IMG/VR virus record: IMGVR_UViG_3300017747_004117
Coordinates: 1-42,289 of that record
Length of the DNA stretch: 42,289 bases
Reading direction: 5' to 3' (one strand)
DNA from: a virus
Lineage: Duplodnaviria; Caudoviricetes
The stretch's first letter is position 1; each line of letters opens with the position of its first letter. Below are positions 8,052-15,038 of the stretch, piece after piece. The position numbers were made by a program, and so were the translations under genes. Below the pieces are notes generated by a model. It saw nothing but the letters and a program-made list of their open reading frames with translations. It ran no database searches and was not told where the DNA came from.

Positions 8052-8210
8052 TCATGATTCAATAAGTTTTATGGCAGTCACATCTTTAGGATTCCATTTG
8101 AACTTTTTGCAAAGATTCTCAAGAACTTGCTGTGCCTGATCTAAGTTAAGAACGTTGGACACTGTCTTGCAGATTGCAAGACGTGAATTGAAGTAGATTG
8201 CTTTTTTCAT
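8052..8210 (-). CDS. Small hypothetical protein (52 aa)
   Basis: MKKAIYFNSRLAICKTVSNVLNLDQAQQVLENLCKKFKWNPKDVTAIKLIES; ATGA-coupled to the upstream gene. Confidence 0.65.
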   Translation of the reverse strand: MKKAIYFNSRLAICKTVSNVLNLDQAQQVLENLCKKFKWNPKDVTAIKLIES

Positions 8211-8647
8211 TTGTTTATTGTTATTTTTATTTTTCTATCTGCAATTTTTTCAATAACGGCAACTTTACCACTTAACATTTTTCTATTGTTAAGCATCCAT
8301 GTTGATGGATTTTCACAAGTAAAAATGTATAAATAATTATCAATAAAAGCTGTCTCAAATAAATTAGCCAAATCAGTTCTTAAAATATACTCTTTATTTT
8401 CACCTTTAAGACTTATGGCCATATCTTCTAAAGTTGCAAATTTATTTGATGACAAATATTTTACTATGGATTTAATAGCTTTTGGCACAGCATTACGCAA
8501 GTCTCTTTCCGCAATTGCCTTAGAAATTTCTTCCTCAGTTCCACCTATAAAACCTACACCTTCACACTTATAGCAAATACCATTGTCAATAGTAAAAGCA
8601 ACTTTTCCACTTCCTGAACATTTTGGGCATTTTGTAGTGTGTGTCAT
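8207..8647 (-). CDS. Hypothetical protein with an N-terminal CxxCxGxG zinc finger
   Basis: CPKCSGSG...CYKCEGVG. Confidence 0.8.
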   Translation of the reverse strand: MTHTTKCPKCSGSGKVAFTIDNGICYKCEGVGFIGGTEEEISKAIAERDLRNAVPKAIKSIVKYLSSNKFATLEDMAISLKGENKEYILRTDLANLFETAFIDNYLYIFTCENPSTWMLNNRKMLSGKVAVIEKIADRKIKITINK

Positions 8648-8657
8648 CGTGTTTTAA

Positions 8658-8729
8658 TTGATATGTAAATATAGGGAAGATTATTGAAACATGGAAATAA
8701 ATCTTCAAGAAGTTACTAACATTTCTCAA
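8658..8729 (-). promoter_or_regulatory. Promoter repeat class 1, copy 1
   Basis: 29-nt core (plus strand ttgatatgtaaatatagggaagattattg) identical at 8658, 10272 and 10511; contains TATATTTA on the minus strand. Confidence 0.8.
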
Positions 8730-8907
8730 TGAATCTTTCAATAATTATTGAAAATCGAATAACTGAAAACTCAAGCGCTTTGTCAAATTCAAACTGCTCA
8801 AAAAAGTTTACATTATAAATCCACAAGTCTGCAATTGCCACATATAAACTTCCGCCTACTTTGCAAGTCTGTCCATCTATCAATGCTCTGTTTGGAATGA
8901 TTGTCAT
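8716..8907 (-). CDS. Hypothetical protein (63 aa)
   Basis: Coupled ORF whose stop lies inside the promoter repeat. Confidence 0.6.
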   Translation of the reverse strand: MTIIPNRALIDGQTCKVGGSLYVAIADLWIYNVNFFEQFEFDKALEFSVIRFSIIIERFIEKC

Positions 8908-9125
8908 ATAAAAGGTTTACATATTAAATTCAAAGGGTCTTTTGACACAACGTATTTGCAAAAATTTTCAACTGTTATATCCTCATAATTTTCAATTCTT
9001 GCAGCCCAATTTACAGCTGCTGAAAAAATTTCTAAATTATATTCTCCAAGATTATGTAAAACCGTAAAAGACCTTTTTTCACCGTTTACACTGAACTCAA
9101 TTGTACTGCTTTGAATACTGCTCAT
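8904..9125 (-). CDS. Hypothetical protein (73 aa)
   Basis: ATGA overlaps on both sides. Confidence 0.7.
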   Translation of the reverse strand: MSSIQSSTIEFSVNGEKRSFTVLHNLGEYNLEIFSAAVNWAARIENYEDITVENFCKYVVSKDPLNLICKPFI

Positions 9126-9262
9126 AGTCCTAATAATTTACAAATGAAAAAACTGAAGATATAACAAAGAGAAATAATGATAATAACTGAGCAGCAAAGC
9201 GCAAGTGTTATACCTGATGCAAAGCGCATATCATGCCACAGCCACTTAAGAAATGATTTCAT
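9122..9262 (-). CDS. Small membrane protein (46 aa)
   Basis: MKSFLKWLWHDMRFASGITLALCCSVIIIISLCYIFSFFICKLLGL; stop overlaps the next ATG. Confidence 0.55.
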   Translation of the reverse strand: MKSFLKWLWHDMRFASGITLALCCSVIIIISLCYIFSFFICKLLGL

Positions 9263-9497
9263 AATCCATGATTTTATCTGTTACTTCTGCACTGATTGCA
9301 AACTCAACTGCTTTTCTGTTTCCATCGTTCACCTGGTCTTTAATCATTTGAAATATTTCTTTAGGCGGTTGACGTTTGTCAATACCAAATTTAATTGTTT
9401 GAGCAAATGAGCTATTGAGATTTAGATTCGTTTCTAAGTCAAGCATGATTTTCAATATCTCAAATGTTTTACTCAGGTCTTTTGTTTTGCAGATCAT
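9246..9497 (-). CDS. Hypothetical protein (83 aa)
   Basis: ATGA-coupled ORF. Confidence 0.7.
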   Translation of the reverse strand: MICKTKDLSKTFEILKIMLDLETNLNLNSSFAQTIKFGIDKRQPPKEIFQMIKDQVNDGNRKAVEFAISAEVTDKIMDYEIIS

Positions 9498-10018
9498 TGT
9501 CTGTTTATTTTAGATTTGTACCACAATACGCAAGTGCGTTTGAACCCCTTTGCAACGATCTCATCTACTGTTAAACCATTACGTAAATGTAAGATTGTTT
9601 GCTCACCTACTTTCAACTTTTTAGTTGGTTGATTTAAGTCGGTAACACTGATATAATAAATCAATCTTGAGTAGTCAAGTTTTTGTCCAAAAATTTCTCC
9701 GTTTATTATTGTAAAAGCATGACCTCTTTTGACACATATAAAAGTACCTATAGGATTTTCTTTGATAAAAGTTTTTATGGTCTTTTTTATACGATCATGA
9801 TACACTAATTTTTTATCATTTATAACAGCAGACTCTTTGATTCTGTTACATTCATTGAGACCTAATAATCGAAAAGGATGAAATCCTTTGCCATTTGGCC
9901 TACCTGCTTTTTTGCAAAGCTCATGTGCTTCTTCATATTCAATTTGAAGAGCTCTTGACACTGCTCTTACTGAGCAATCTCTTCTTTCTTTATAGTGTGA
10001 AGGTGCTGAATGATTCAT
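9494..10018 (-). CDS. Putative papain/C39-like Cys-His domain plus C-terminal helical domain
   Basis: DCSVRAVSRAL...GHAFTIING. Confidence 0.6.
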   Translation of the reverse strand: MNHSAPSHYKERRDCSVRAVSRALQIEYEEAHELCKKAGRPNGKGFHPFRLLGLNECNRIKESAVINDKKLVYHDRIKKTIKTFIKENPIGTFICVKRGHAFTIINGEIFGQKLDYSRLIYYISVTDLNQPTKKLKVGEQTILHLRNGLTVDEIVAKGFKRTCVLWYKSKINRQ

Positions 10019-10260
10019 AAACTTACAGCTTCAAAAGTTATATCACAATTGAACATCATTTTCATTTTCACATTCCATACAGCAAGTTTTAAATCAACAT
10101 TGTCAAAACCTTCTGCATATTGCATAGCAAGTTCTTTTTCTTGAGTAAAAACAACATCACCAAATAGAGGTTGCTTATTTGCCAACCAGCCTAAAGTCTC
10201 TTGATAGAGTCCATACTTAGGTGCATTGTTTGCTGCTTTACGTGCTTGAGATAGTGTCAT
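10015..10260 (-). CDS. Hypothetical protein (81 aa)
   Basis: First gene behind promoter repeat copy 2. Confidence 0.75.
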   Translation of the reverse strand: MTLSQARKAANNAPKYGLYQETLGWLANKQPLFGDVVFTQEKELAMQYAEGFDNVDLKLAVWNVKMKMMFNCDITFEAVSL

Positions 10261-10271
10261 TTTGTTTTTGT

Positions 10272-10343
10272 TTGATATGTAAATATAGGGAAGATTATTG
10301 GAACTTGTAAATATTTATCCAATAAGTTACTAACATTTCTCAA
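10272..10343 (-). promoter_or_regulatory. Promoter repeat class 1, copy 2
   Basis: 29-nt core plus a 20-nt block (aagttactaacatttctcaa) at the same 52-nt offset as in copy 1. Confidence 0.8.
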
Positions 10344-10495
10344 AGAATTGAAATCCAACGACCATCTGCTTTTTCCATAATATACACAAGACGATTTAAT
10401 TTAGTTGCTGCAAAAGATTTCGCTGCATCGAATGAATTGAATTTGAAAGTTTTTGTTCCTTGTCCGATTACCTTTGTGATTATTACGTGTGTCAT
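10340..10495 (-). CDS. Small hypothetical protein (51 aa)
   Basis: MTHVIITKVIGQGTKTFKFNSFDAAKSFAATKLNRLVYIMEKADGRWISIL; lies between repeat copies 3 and 2. Confidence 0.7.
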   Translation of the reverse strand: MTHVIITKVIGQGTKTFKFNSFDAAKSFAATKLNRLVYIMEKADGRWISIL

Positions 10496-10510
10496 TTTGT
10501 TTCGTTTTAA

Positions 10511-10539
10511 TTGATATGTAAATATAGGGAAGATTATTG
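10511..10539 (-). promoter_or_regulatory. Promoter repeat class 1, copy 3
   Basis: Identical 29-nt core, just downstream of a terminator. Confidence 0.8.
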
Positions 10540-10588
10540 AAATAGGGAAATAAAACAGTAAAAAAGTTTTACTTTTAGCATTTGAGCC

Positions 10589-10616
10589 AAAAAAGACAGT
10601 ATTTCTACTGTCTTTT
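10589..10616 (-). terminator. Intrinsic terminator
   Basis: AAAAGACAGTA-GAAA-TACTGTCTTTTTT on the minus strand; separates the lysis-end genes from the accessory cassettes. Confidence 0.8.
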
Positions 10617-10639
10617 CAACTATAAAACCCAACCACCTG

Positions 10640-10768
10640 TCAAGCTCTGAACTTTGGCGCATTAACTCTGTACTTACAACCGTTTGGTAATTTTGCAGTC
10701 GGTCTGCAACTTGATGCTATTAATATAAGCAAAGCAAGGAACAGCAATACTGATCTTAAGTCACTCAT
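10640..10768 (-). CDS. Small lipoprotein (42 aa)
   Basis: MSDLRSVLLFLALLILIASS-CRPTAKLPNGCKYRVNAPKFRA: hydrophobic core plus lipobox; ATGA-coupled. Confidence 0.6.
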   Translation of the reverse strand: MSDLRSVLLFLALLILIASSCRPTAKLPNGCKYRVNAPKFRA

Positions 10769-10911
10769 AAATATTTCTTTATTTCTTTATCAGATGAAAG
10801 TACTTTTCTTATTAACGCACTTGGTGTGATCTTTTGGTAAAATGCTGCTTTCCTGATTGCTTCTTTCAAAGTCTCAGACCCTTTTGCATTTATGATTACT
10901 TGTTTTGCCAT
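10765..10911 (-). CDS. Putative ribbon-helix-helix DNA-binding protein (48 aa)
   Basis: MAKQVIINAKGSETLKEAIRKAAFYQKITPSALIRKVLSSDKEIKKYL: strand-helix-turn-helix with SALIR. Confidence 0.6.
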   Translation of the reverse strand: MAKQVIINAKGSETLKEAIRKAAFYQKITPSALIRKVLSSDKEIKKYL

Positions 10912-10915
10912 AATG

Positions 10916-10938
10916 TAAAAGTAAAACAATAAAACGAT
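10916..10938 (-). promoter_or_regulatory. Promoter motif class 2, copy 2
   Basis: Identical to 7935-7957; only 4 nt (CATT) separate it from the ATG at 10911. Confidence 0.7.
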
Positions 10939-10947
10939 TGATAAAAA

Positions 10948-11457
10948 TTAATTTTCGATTAAATGATAGTTGATGGTTTTCCCCATTAATCTGTAAACAG
11001 CTGTTATAAATTCATCCCACTGTGCAGGATAAATTGTCTGACAACCCAGGGAGCTTGTTGAATTATACGACCCTCTGTGAATATTAATTGCAACACCCGT
11101 GCTTTCACCAACATCATCACGGACAACAGGCAGCGCTTCACCTGGAGTTGCAGGACGCAGAGCAGGATAACCACCACCTGGTTTTGAAAGACCATGCTTT
11201 CCTTTTCTGTACGGATAAATTCCAGGTTTAAGCATTGATACGCCTTTTTTCACAACTGATGGATCCGTGTTTGCATTGAATGAATAGAACTCACCAGGTG
11301 CAACAAGAAACATCGCGTCGTCATATATACCTCTGTCATTCTGCCCTGGTTTTCCCATTGTGTCTTCATAGTAACCTCTTATTCCAACCAGATAAACCTG
11401 GTCTGTCGTGTGCACAAGCGCTTCAATTTCTGCTCTTGATTTTTTTGGCTTATTCAT
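10948..11457 (-). CDS. Putative endolysin with an L,D-transpeptidase-like (YkuD-type) His/Cys motif
   Basis: INIHRG...SLGCQ; last gene of the lysis cluster, and no other endolysin was recognised. Confidence 0.65.
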   Translation of the reverse strand: MNKPKKSRAEIEALVHTTDQVYLVGIRGYYEDTMGKPGQNDRGIYDDAMFLVAPGEFYSFNANTDPSVVKKGVSMLKPGIYPYRKGKHGLSKPGGGYPALRPATPGEALPVVRDDVGESTGVAINIHRGSYNSTSSLGCQTIYPAQWDEFITAVYRLMGKTINYHLIEN

Positions 11458-11842
11458 AAATTTTAAACATTATAAATGTAATAAATGCTGCAATAGAATA
11501 CAAAACTCTCTGTTCAACAAAATTAAGTTTTAGTCTTCTTTCCAGTCTGTCTGTTTTATTATTTGAAGTTGTTCCTTCATAGTCAAGGTATCTGCCGCAA
11601 AAGAAATTCAGTAACGGGTCATAAATCATACCGCGTACGCTTGCAAAATATAACCCATACCAAAACGTTTGCCAAGTCAATATAGGTTGATTGAAAATAA
11701 AGATCATTGCAGTAAAGCATGCAAAAGCAATTAAGAAACTCAAGCCATGATCTATATTAGGAACTTTTCCCCAACTGAATTTGATACGTAACCATTCAAT
11801 AAAAGTATAAAGAACAGCAGCAAGAAAAGTAAATGGAATCAT
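11450..11842 (-). CDS. Multi-TM membrane protein
   Basis: Three to four hydrophobic segments; lysis cluster. Confidence 0.75.
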   Translation of the reverse strand: MIPFTFLAAVLYTFIEWLRIKFSWGKVPNIDHGLSFLIAFACFTAMIFIFNQPILTWQTFWYGLYFASVRGMIYDPLLNFFCGRYLDYEGTTSNNKTDRLERRLKLNFVEQRVLYSIAAFITFIMFKIYE

Positions 11843-11952
11843 GATTTTCTTTCTTTAATAATTTGAACTAAAACAGGAAGGCCATACATAAACAGGAACA
11901 CAATGAAACCTGTTATGATGGCATATCCTATATATGACTGATTTTCACCCAT
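11839..11952 (-). CDS. Small single-TM protein (37 aa)
   Basis: MGENQSYIGYAIITGFIVFLFMYGLPVLVQIIKERKS; overlaps both neighbours. Confidence 0.55.
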   Translation of the reverse strand: MGENQSYIGYAIITGFIVFLFMYGLPVLVQIIKERKS

Positions 11953-12596
11953 TATTTAAGGCCTATAAAACCATTTGCTTTATAAACACTATCCCAAAAA
12001 TAAGTGCCTTGCGGGTCTTCTGAGAAGTAGTGACGGTATTGAGCAGGATGTAATGTCTTGCTGTTATTACGGGCAGCGTCATACGTCTTTTTTTGAATTG
12101 CCTGCATACCCATATAAAACAGAATAAAAGATGGAATAATCAAAAGAAATATTGCACCTCTTACAACATGAAGTTTTACAATACCTGCCCACACCCAAAT
12201 GCCTGTCATTAATATAAGACAAACAATACCCCAAATAATCCGTATTTCTTTCAACGGATTTAAGTCCAATAAACGACGGACTGTTCCGCCTGACGGACCA
12301 AAAGTAGCAAGTGAATCTTTTCCAACATAAGACACCTGGCGCTCAGTTCCTTTTTTTCCTACTTTAACAGACGACACAAGTTTACCTTTGTCAAAGACAG
12401 ATGAGAATTGACTGTCAGCAACCATTTTAGGAGTTCCATCATCATTGTAAACCAGATAAACTTTTTTTTCTTTAAGTTGCTCAAACTTTACATCGTTGTC
12501 AATCTTTGTAAGGGAGTCTGCGCAAGAACCTAAAACGATAGCGGTAATAATACCTAAAAACAAAGCGGCGATGTGTGATGAAATTTTCTTTTTCAT
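11952..12596 (-). CDS. Putative lipoprotein with two internal TM helices
   Basis: Lipobox-like VLGS-C; hydrophobic IIWGIVCLILMTGIWVWAGIV and GAIFLLIIPSFILFYMGM. Confidence 0.7.
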   Translation of the reverse strand: MKKKISSHIAALFLGIITAIVLGSCADSLTKIDNDVKFEQLKEKKVYLVYNDDGTPKMVADSQFSSVFDKGKLVSSVKVGKKGTERQVSYVGKDSLATFGPSGGTVRRLLDLNPLKEIRIIWGIVCLILMTGIWVWAGIVKLHVVRGAIFLLIIPSFILFYMGMQAIQKKTYDAARNNSKTLHPAQYRHYFSEDPQGTYFWDSVYKANGFIGLK

Positions 12597-13102
12597 TTAA
12601 AAATTTTTAATGGTGAAATTAAATTCAATAGGGGTTTATGGAATAAAATCAAAAGGCCGATGATAATCAAGATAATGATTGATGCAGTAATTTGGCGCAG
12701 TTGCTTTTTTTGATCGGCAATCACGTTCTTTTGATCTGCAATTGTATTTTTAAGATCAGCTTTTTCATTTTTCAGTTTGATAATATCTTTACTTAATAAA
12801 TCAATAAATGTTTTATCAGTAATAAAAGACGTATCATGTATGACTGTTTTTCTTTCAATATAACGGTCTTTTACAGACGTTATATAAACAGTATCATTTT
12901 TTCTTACTGTGTCTGTTGCTGTTTCCAGCATATACAAAGTATCAAGAGAAACAATAGTATCTGATTTTGTCAACGTATCATTCACACACCAGCCTTTGCG
13001 CACACCTTCATCAAATACCTTTTTGATTTTTGCTTCGTCTTTCAGTACCTGTTTAACAGGATTACATGCAACAAGCAGCAACAGTACAAGTAGTTTTTTC
13101 AT
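12593..13102 (-). CDS. Putative unimolecular spanin
   Basis: MKKLLVLLLLVA-C lipoprotein signal, DT-rich beta region, coiled coil, C-terminal TM helix. Confidence 0.65.
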   Translation of the reverse strand: MKKLLVLLLLVACNPVKQVLKDEAKIKKVFDEGVRKGWCVNDTLTKSDTIVSLDTLYMLETATDTVRKNDTVYITSVKDRYIERKTVIHDTSFITDKTFIDLLSKDIIKLKNEKADLKNTIADQKNVIADQKKQLRQITASIIILIIIGLLILFHKPLLNLISPLKIFK

Positions 13103-13431
13103 TTTCCTAAAATGTTTGTCTTATCTTTTAAAAATTGAGCAAGCCTGTCAAAGCTTAGCCCTATACAAGCTGCAAAAAAATTATTGATTTCTACATTGAA
13201 AATATCTTTTGTAAAGCGCAGAGACAAATAAACAAGAATACAACTTGCTGCAATTCGTTTTGCATTATCACTGAATAAAAAACTCCAGCTAAAACTGTAT
13301 GGTGTATTCATACTTGTAATATCTCTCTTTGTTGTTTGAATTAAAAGAGAAAGAGCAATACCCATAAGTGCAAAAAATACAAGACCTGCAAACTGAATTG
13401 CTGTTTGGTCACCGATTAAAATTTCTTTCAT
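13099..13431 (-). CDS. Putative holin
   Basis: 110 aa, about three hydrophobic segments, basic C-terminus, lysis-cluster position. Confidence 0.6.
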   Translation of the reverse strand: MKEILIGDQTAIQFAGLVFFALMGIALSLLIQTTKRDITSMNTPYSFSWSFLFSDNAKRIAASCILVYLSLRFTKDIFNVEINNFFAACIGLSFDRLAQFLKDKTNILGK

Positions 13432-13432
13432 G

Positions 13433-13756
13433 TCATTTGGTTTTTATTTGATTTTCAATTTTATATTTTTCAATAGCTTGTTCTATTTCTCTTTGTCGTC
13501 CGCCTCCAAATGTGTAGCTGATAAAAAAACCACTCATTGCGCCTAATATAGCAATCACAACCCAGTCTCTTCCTCTATTGAACCCAATCAATCTTTTAAT
13601 CGGCTCAATATCTTTTTGAATGTTTTTTATCACATCATCATGATTGCTTACTCTGCCATTTGTTCTTGTCGTTTGTATTTCAATACTTATAAGTTTATTG
13701 CTTAACTTTTCGTCCAAATCATCAAGCCTGCTCATAATAAATTCAAAGCCTTCCAT
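13433..13756 (-). CDS. Coiled-coil plus single-TM protein (holin-associated type)
   Basis: IEIQTTRTNGRV, then a TM segment WVVIAILGAMSGFFISYTF. Confidence 0.65.
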   Translation of the reverse strand: MEGFEFIMSRLDDLDEKLSNKLISIEIQTTRTNGRVSNHDDVIKNIQKDIEPIKRLIGFNRGRDWVVIAILGAMSGFFISYTFGGGRQREIEQAIEKYKIENQIKTK

Positions 13757-13870
13757 AACAATACCGGATTTTTATAAAGATAACTAATATTTTTTATTGG
13801 TGTAAAGCGATAAAACAACCTATCTCTCCAAGTATAAACAGCAAAATATATTTGGTGTCTTTCTTATCCA

Positions 13871-14224
13871 TCACATACCATATTTAATTTTAAGCCGTCT
13901 GTATTCACCAATTGCATTTTTAAACGAATCTATATTTCTTATGCCTCCATTCCAATCCATTTGCTCAATGACTTTTTGCTGAGCTTCAAACACTTCAAAA
14001 TTTGGTATGAGATATTTTAAAGTAAACCAATTCAAAGCAGGTTTAATATTTCCAGATATCATAAGTCTGTTTGTGTTGTGATTATACTTTATTTTTCCAG
14101 TTTGATTTCCTCTTGTGTCATAACAAGTTAATTCAAAAGGAATGGTAAGACTTGGCTGATTGTAACTTACCTGAGCTTTGCAAAAATTACAAATGATTAA
14201 TAAGAAAATAAATATCAGTTTCAT
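13871..14224 (-). CDS. Signal-peptide protein (117 aa)
   Basis: MKLIFIFLLIICNFCKA|Q. Confidence 0.75.
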   Translation of the reverse strand: MKLIFIFLLIICNFCKAQVSYNQPSLTIPFELTCYDTRGNQTGKIKYNHNTNRLMISGNIKPALNWFTLKYLIPNFEVFEAQQKVIEQMDWNGGIRNIDSFKNAIGEYRRLKIKYGM

Positions 14225-14226
14225 TG

Positions 14227-15027
14227 TTAATTGATTTTAATGTAGCCGCCAAAAATTGTTGTCAAAGGATTAGTTGCCCAAGTTGGATTTATGCTTTTTA
14301 TTTCAAAATAATCACCGGCTGCAAGTGATATACTCAATGAACTGTTGGTGAATATCCGTTCACTTGTTGCTAAGGTTAAAGTTTGAATTAAATAATCAGT
14401 TGTATTATTCACTCGAATATAAACAGACCAACTTTCATTTGTTCCTGCTGTTCCTGAATAACAATATATTTCAGCAGCTGTGATTGTTCCAGCTGTTCTT
14501 ACATACACTTTACTTATATTGGCTGTTGACGTTGGCGCTTTAGGTAACGTTCCAAAATAAATTGTCTGTCCATCTGCCGGTGACGATGTAAGAGCCTGTA
14601 CATTGATTGAATAACCCGTATAAGTGCCAAGTGTAAAATTTCCTTTTAAATACTGTGCTGTTGTTCCCTGGCTGATGGCTGCCTGCTTCCCGTCAATCTT
14701 TGTAATATGATTGCTGAGTGAATCCAACAGCCTTTGCAGATTGACAAGTATTCGGTTATTGATAGATGCTGATGAATCAGACTGAATACCGGCACCTGAA
14801 ATATTTCCATTTATTTGCCATGCAGGAACAATCTGCCTTACTGATTGTGTTTTGAAAAATATATACTCACCGTTAACCAATCTGTACAAAGAATCTGTGT
14901 TTGATTTTATATAAACAGTGTCAGTAATGCCATTAGGATCGTAAGCAAGCATCCGTATTTGGTATGATTGTCCAAGTAAGCAAAACGAAATGATTAAAAA
15001 ATTAATTGATAAAATAAATTGCTTCAT
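14227..15027 (-). CDS. Fibre/spike-like protein with a signal peptide
   Basis: MKQFILSINFLIISFCLLG|Q; fibre-type KQAAISQGTTAQYLKGN motif; beta-rich C-terminal domain. Confidence 0.7.
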   Translation of the reverse strand: MKQFILSINFLIISFCLLGQSYQIRMLAYDPNGITDTVYIKSNTDSLYRLVNGEYIFFKTQSVRQIVPAWQINGNISGAGIQSDSSASINNRILVNLQRLLDSLSNHITKIDGKQAAISQGTTAQYLKGNFTLGTYTGYSINVQALTSSPADGQTIYFGTLPKAPTSTANISKVYVRTAGTITAAEIYCYSGTAGTNESWSVYIRVNNTTDYLIQTLTLATSERIFTNSSLSISLAAGDYFEIKSINPTWATNPLTTIFGGYIKIN

Positions 15028-15038
15028 ATATTTTGGTT

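Noticed and set aside
8207-8647. DnaJ chaperone
   Set aside because: Only two CxxCxGxG motifs; no J-domain or HPD motif.
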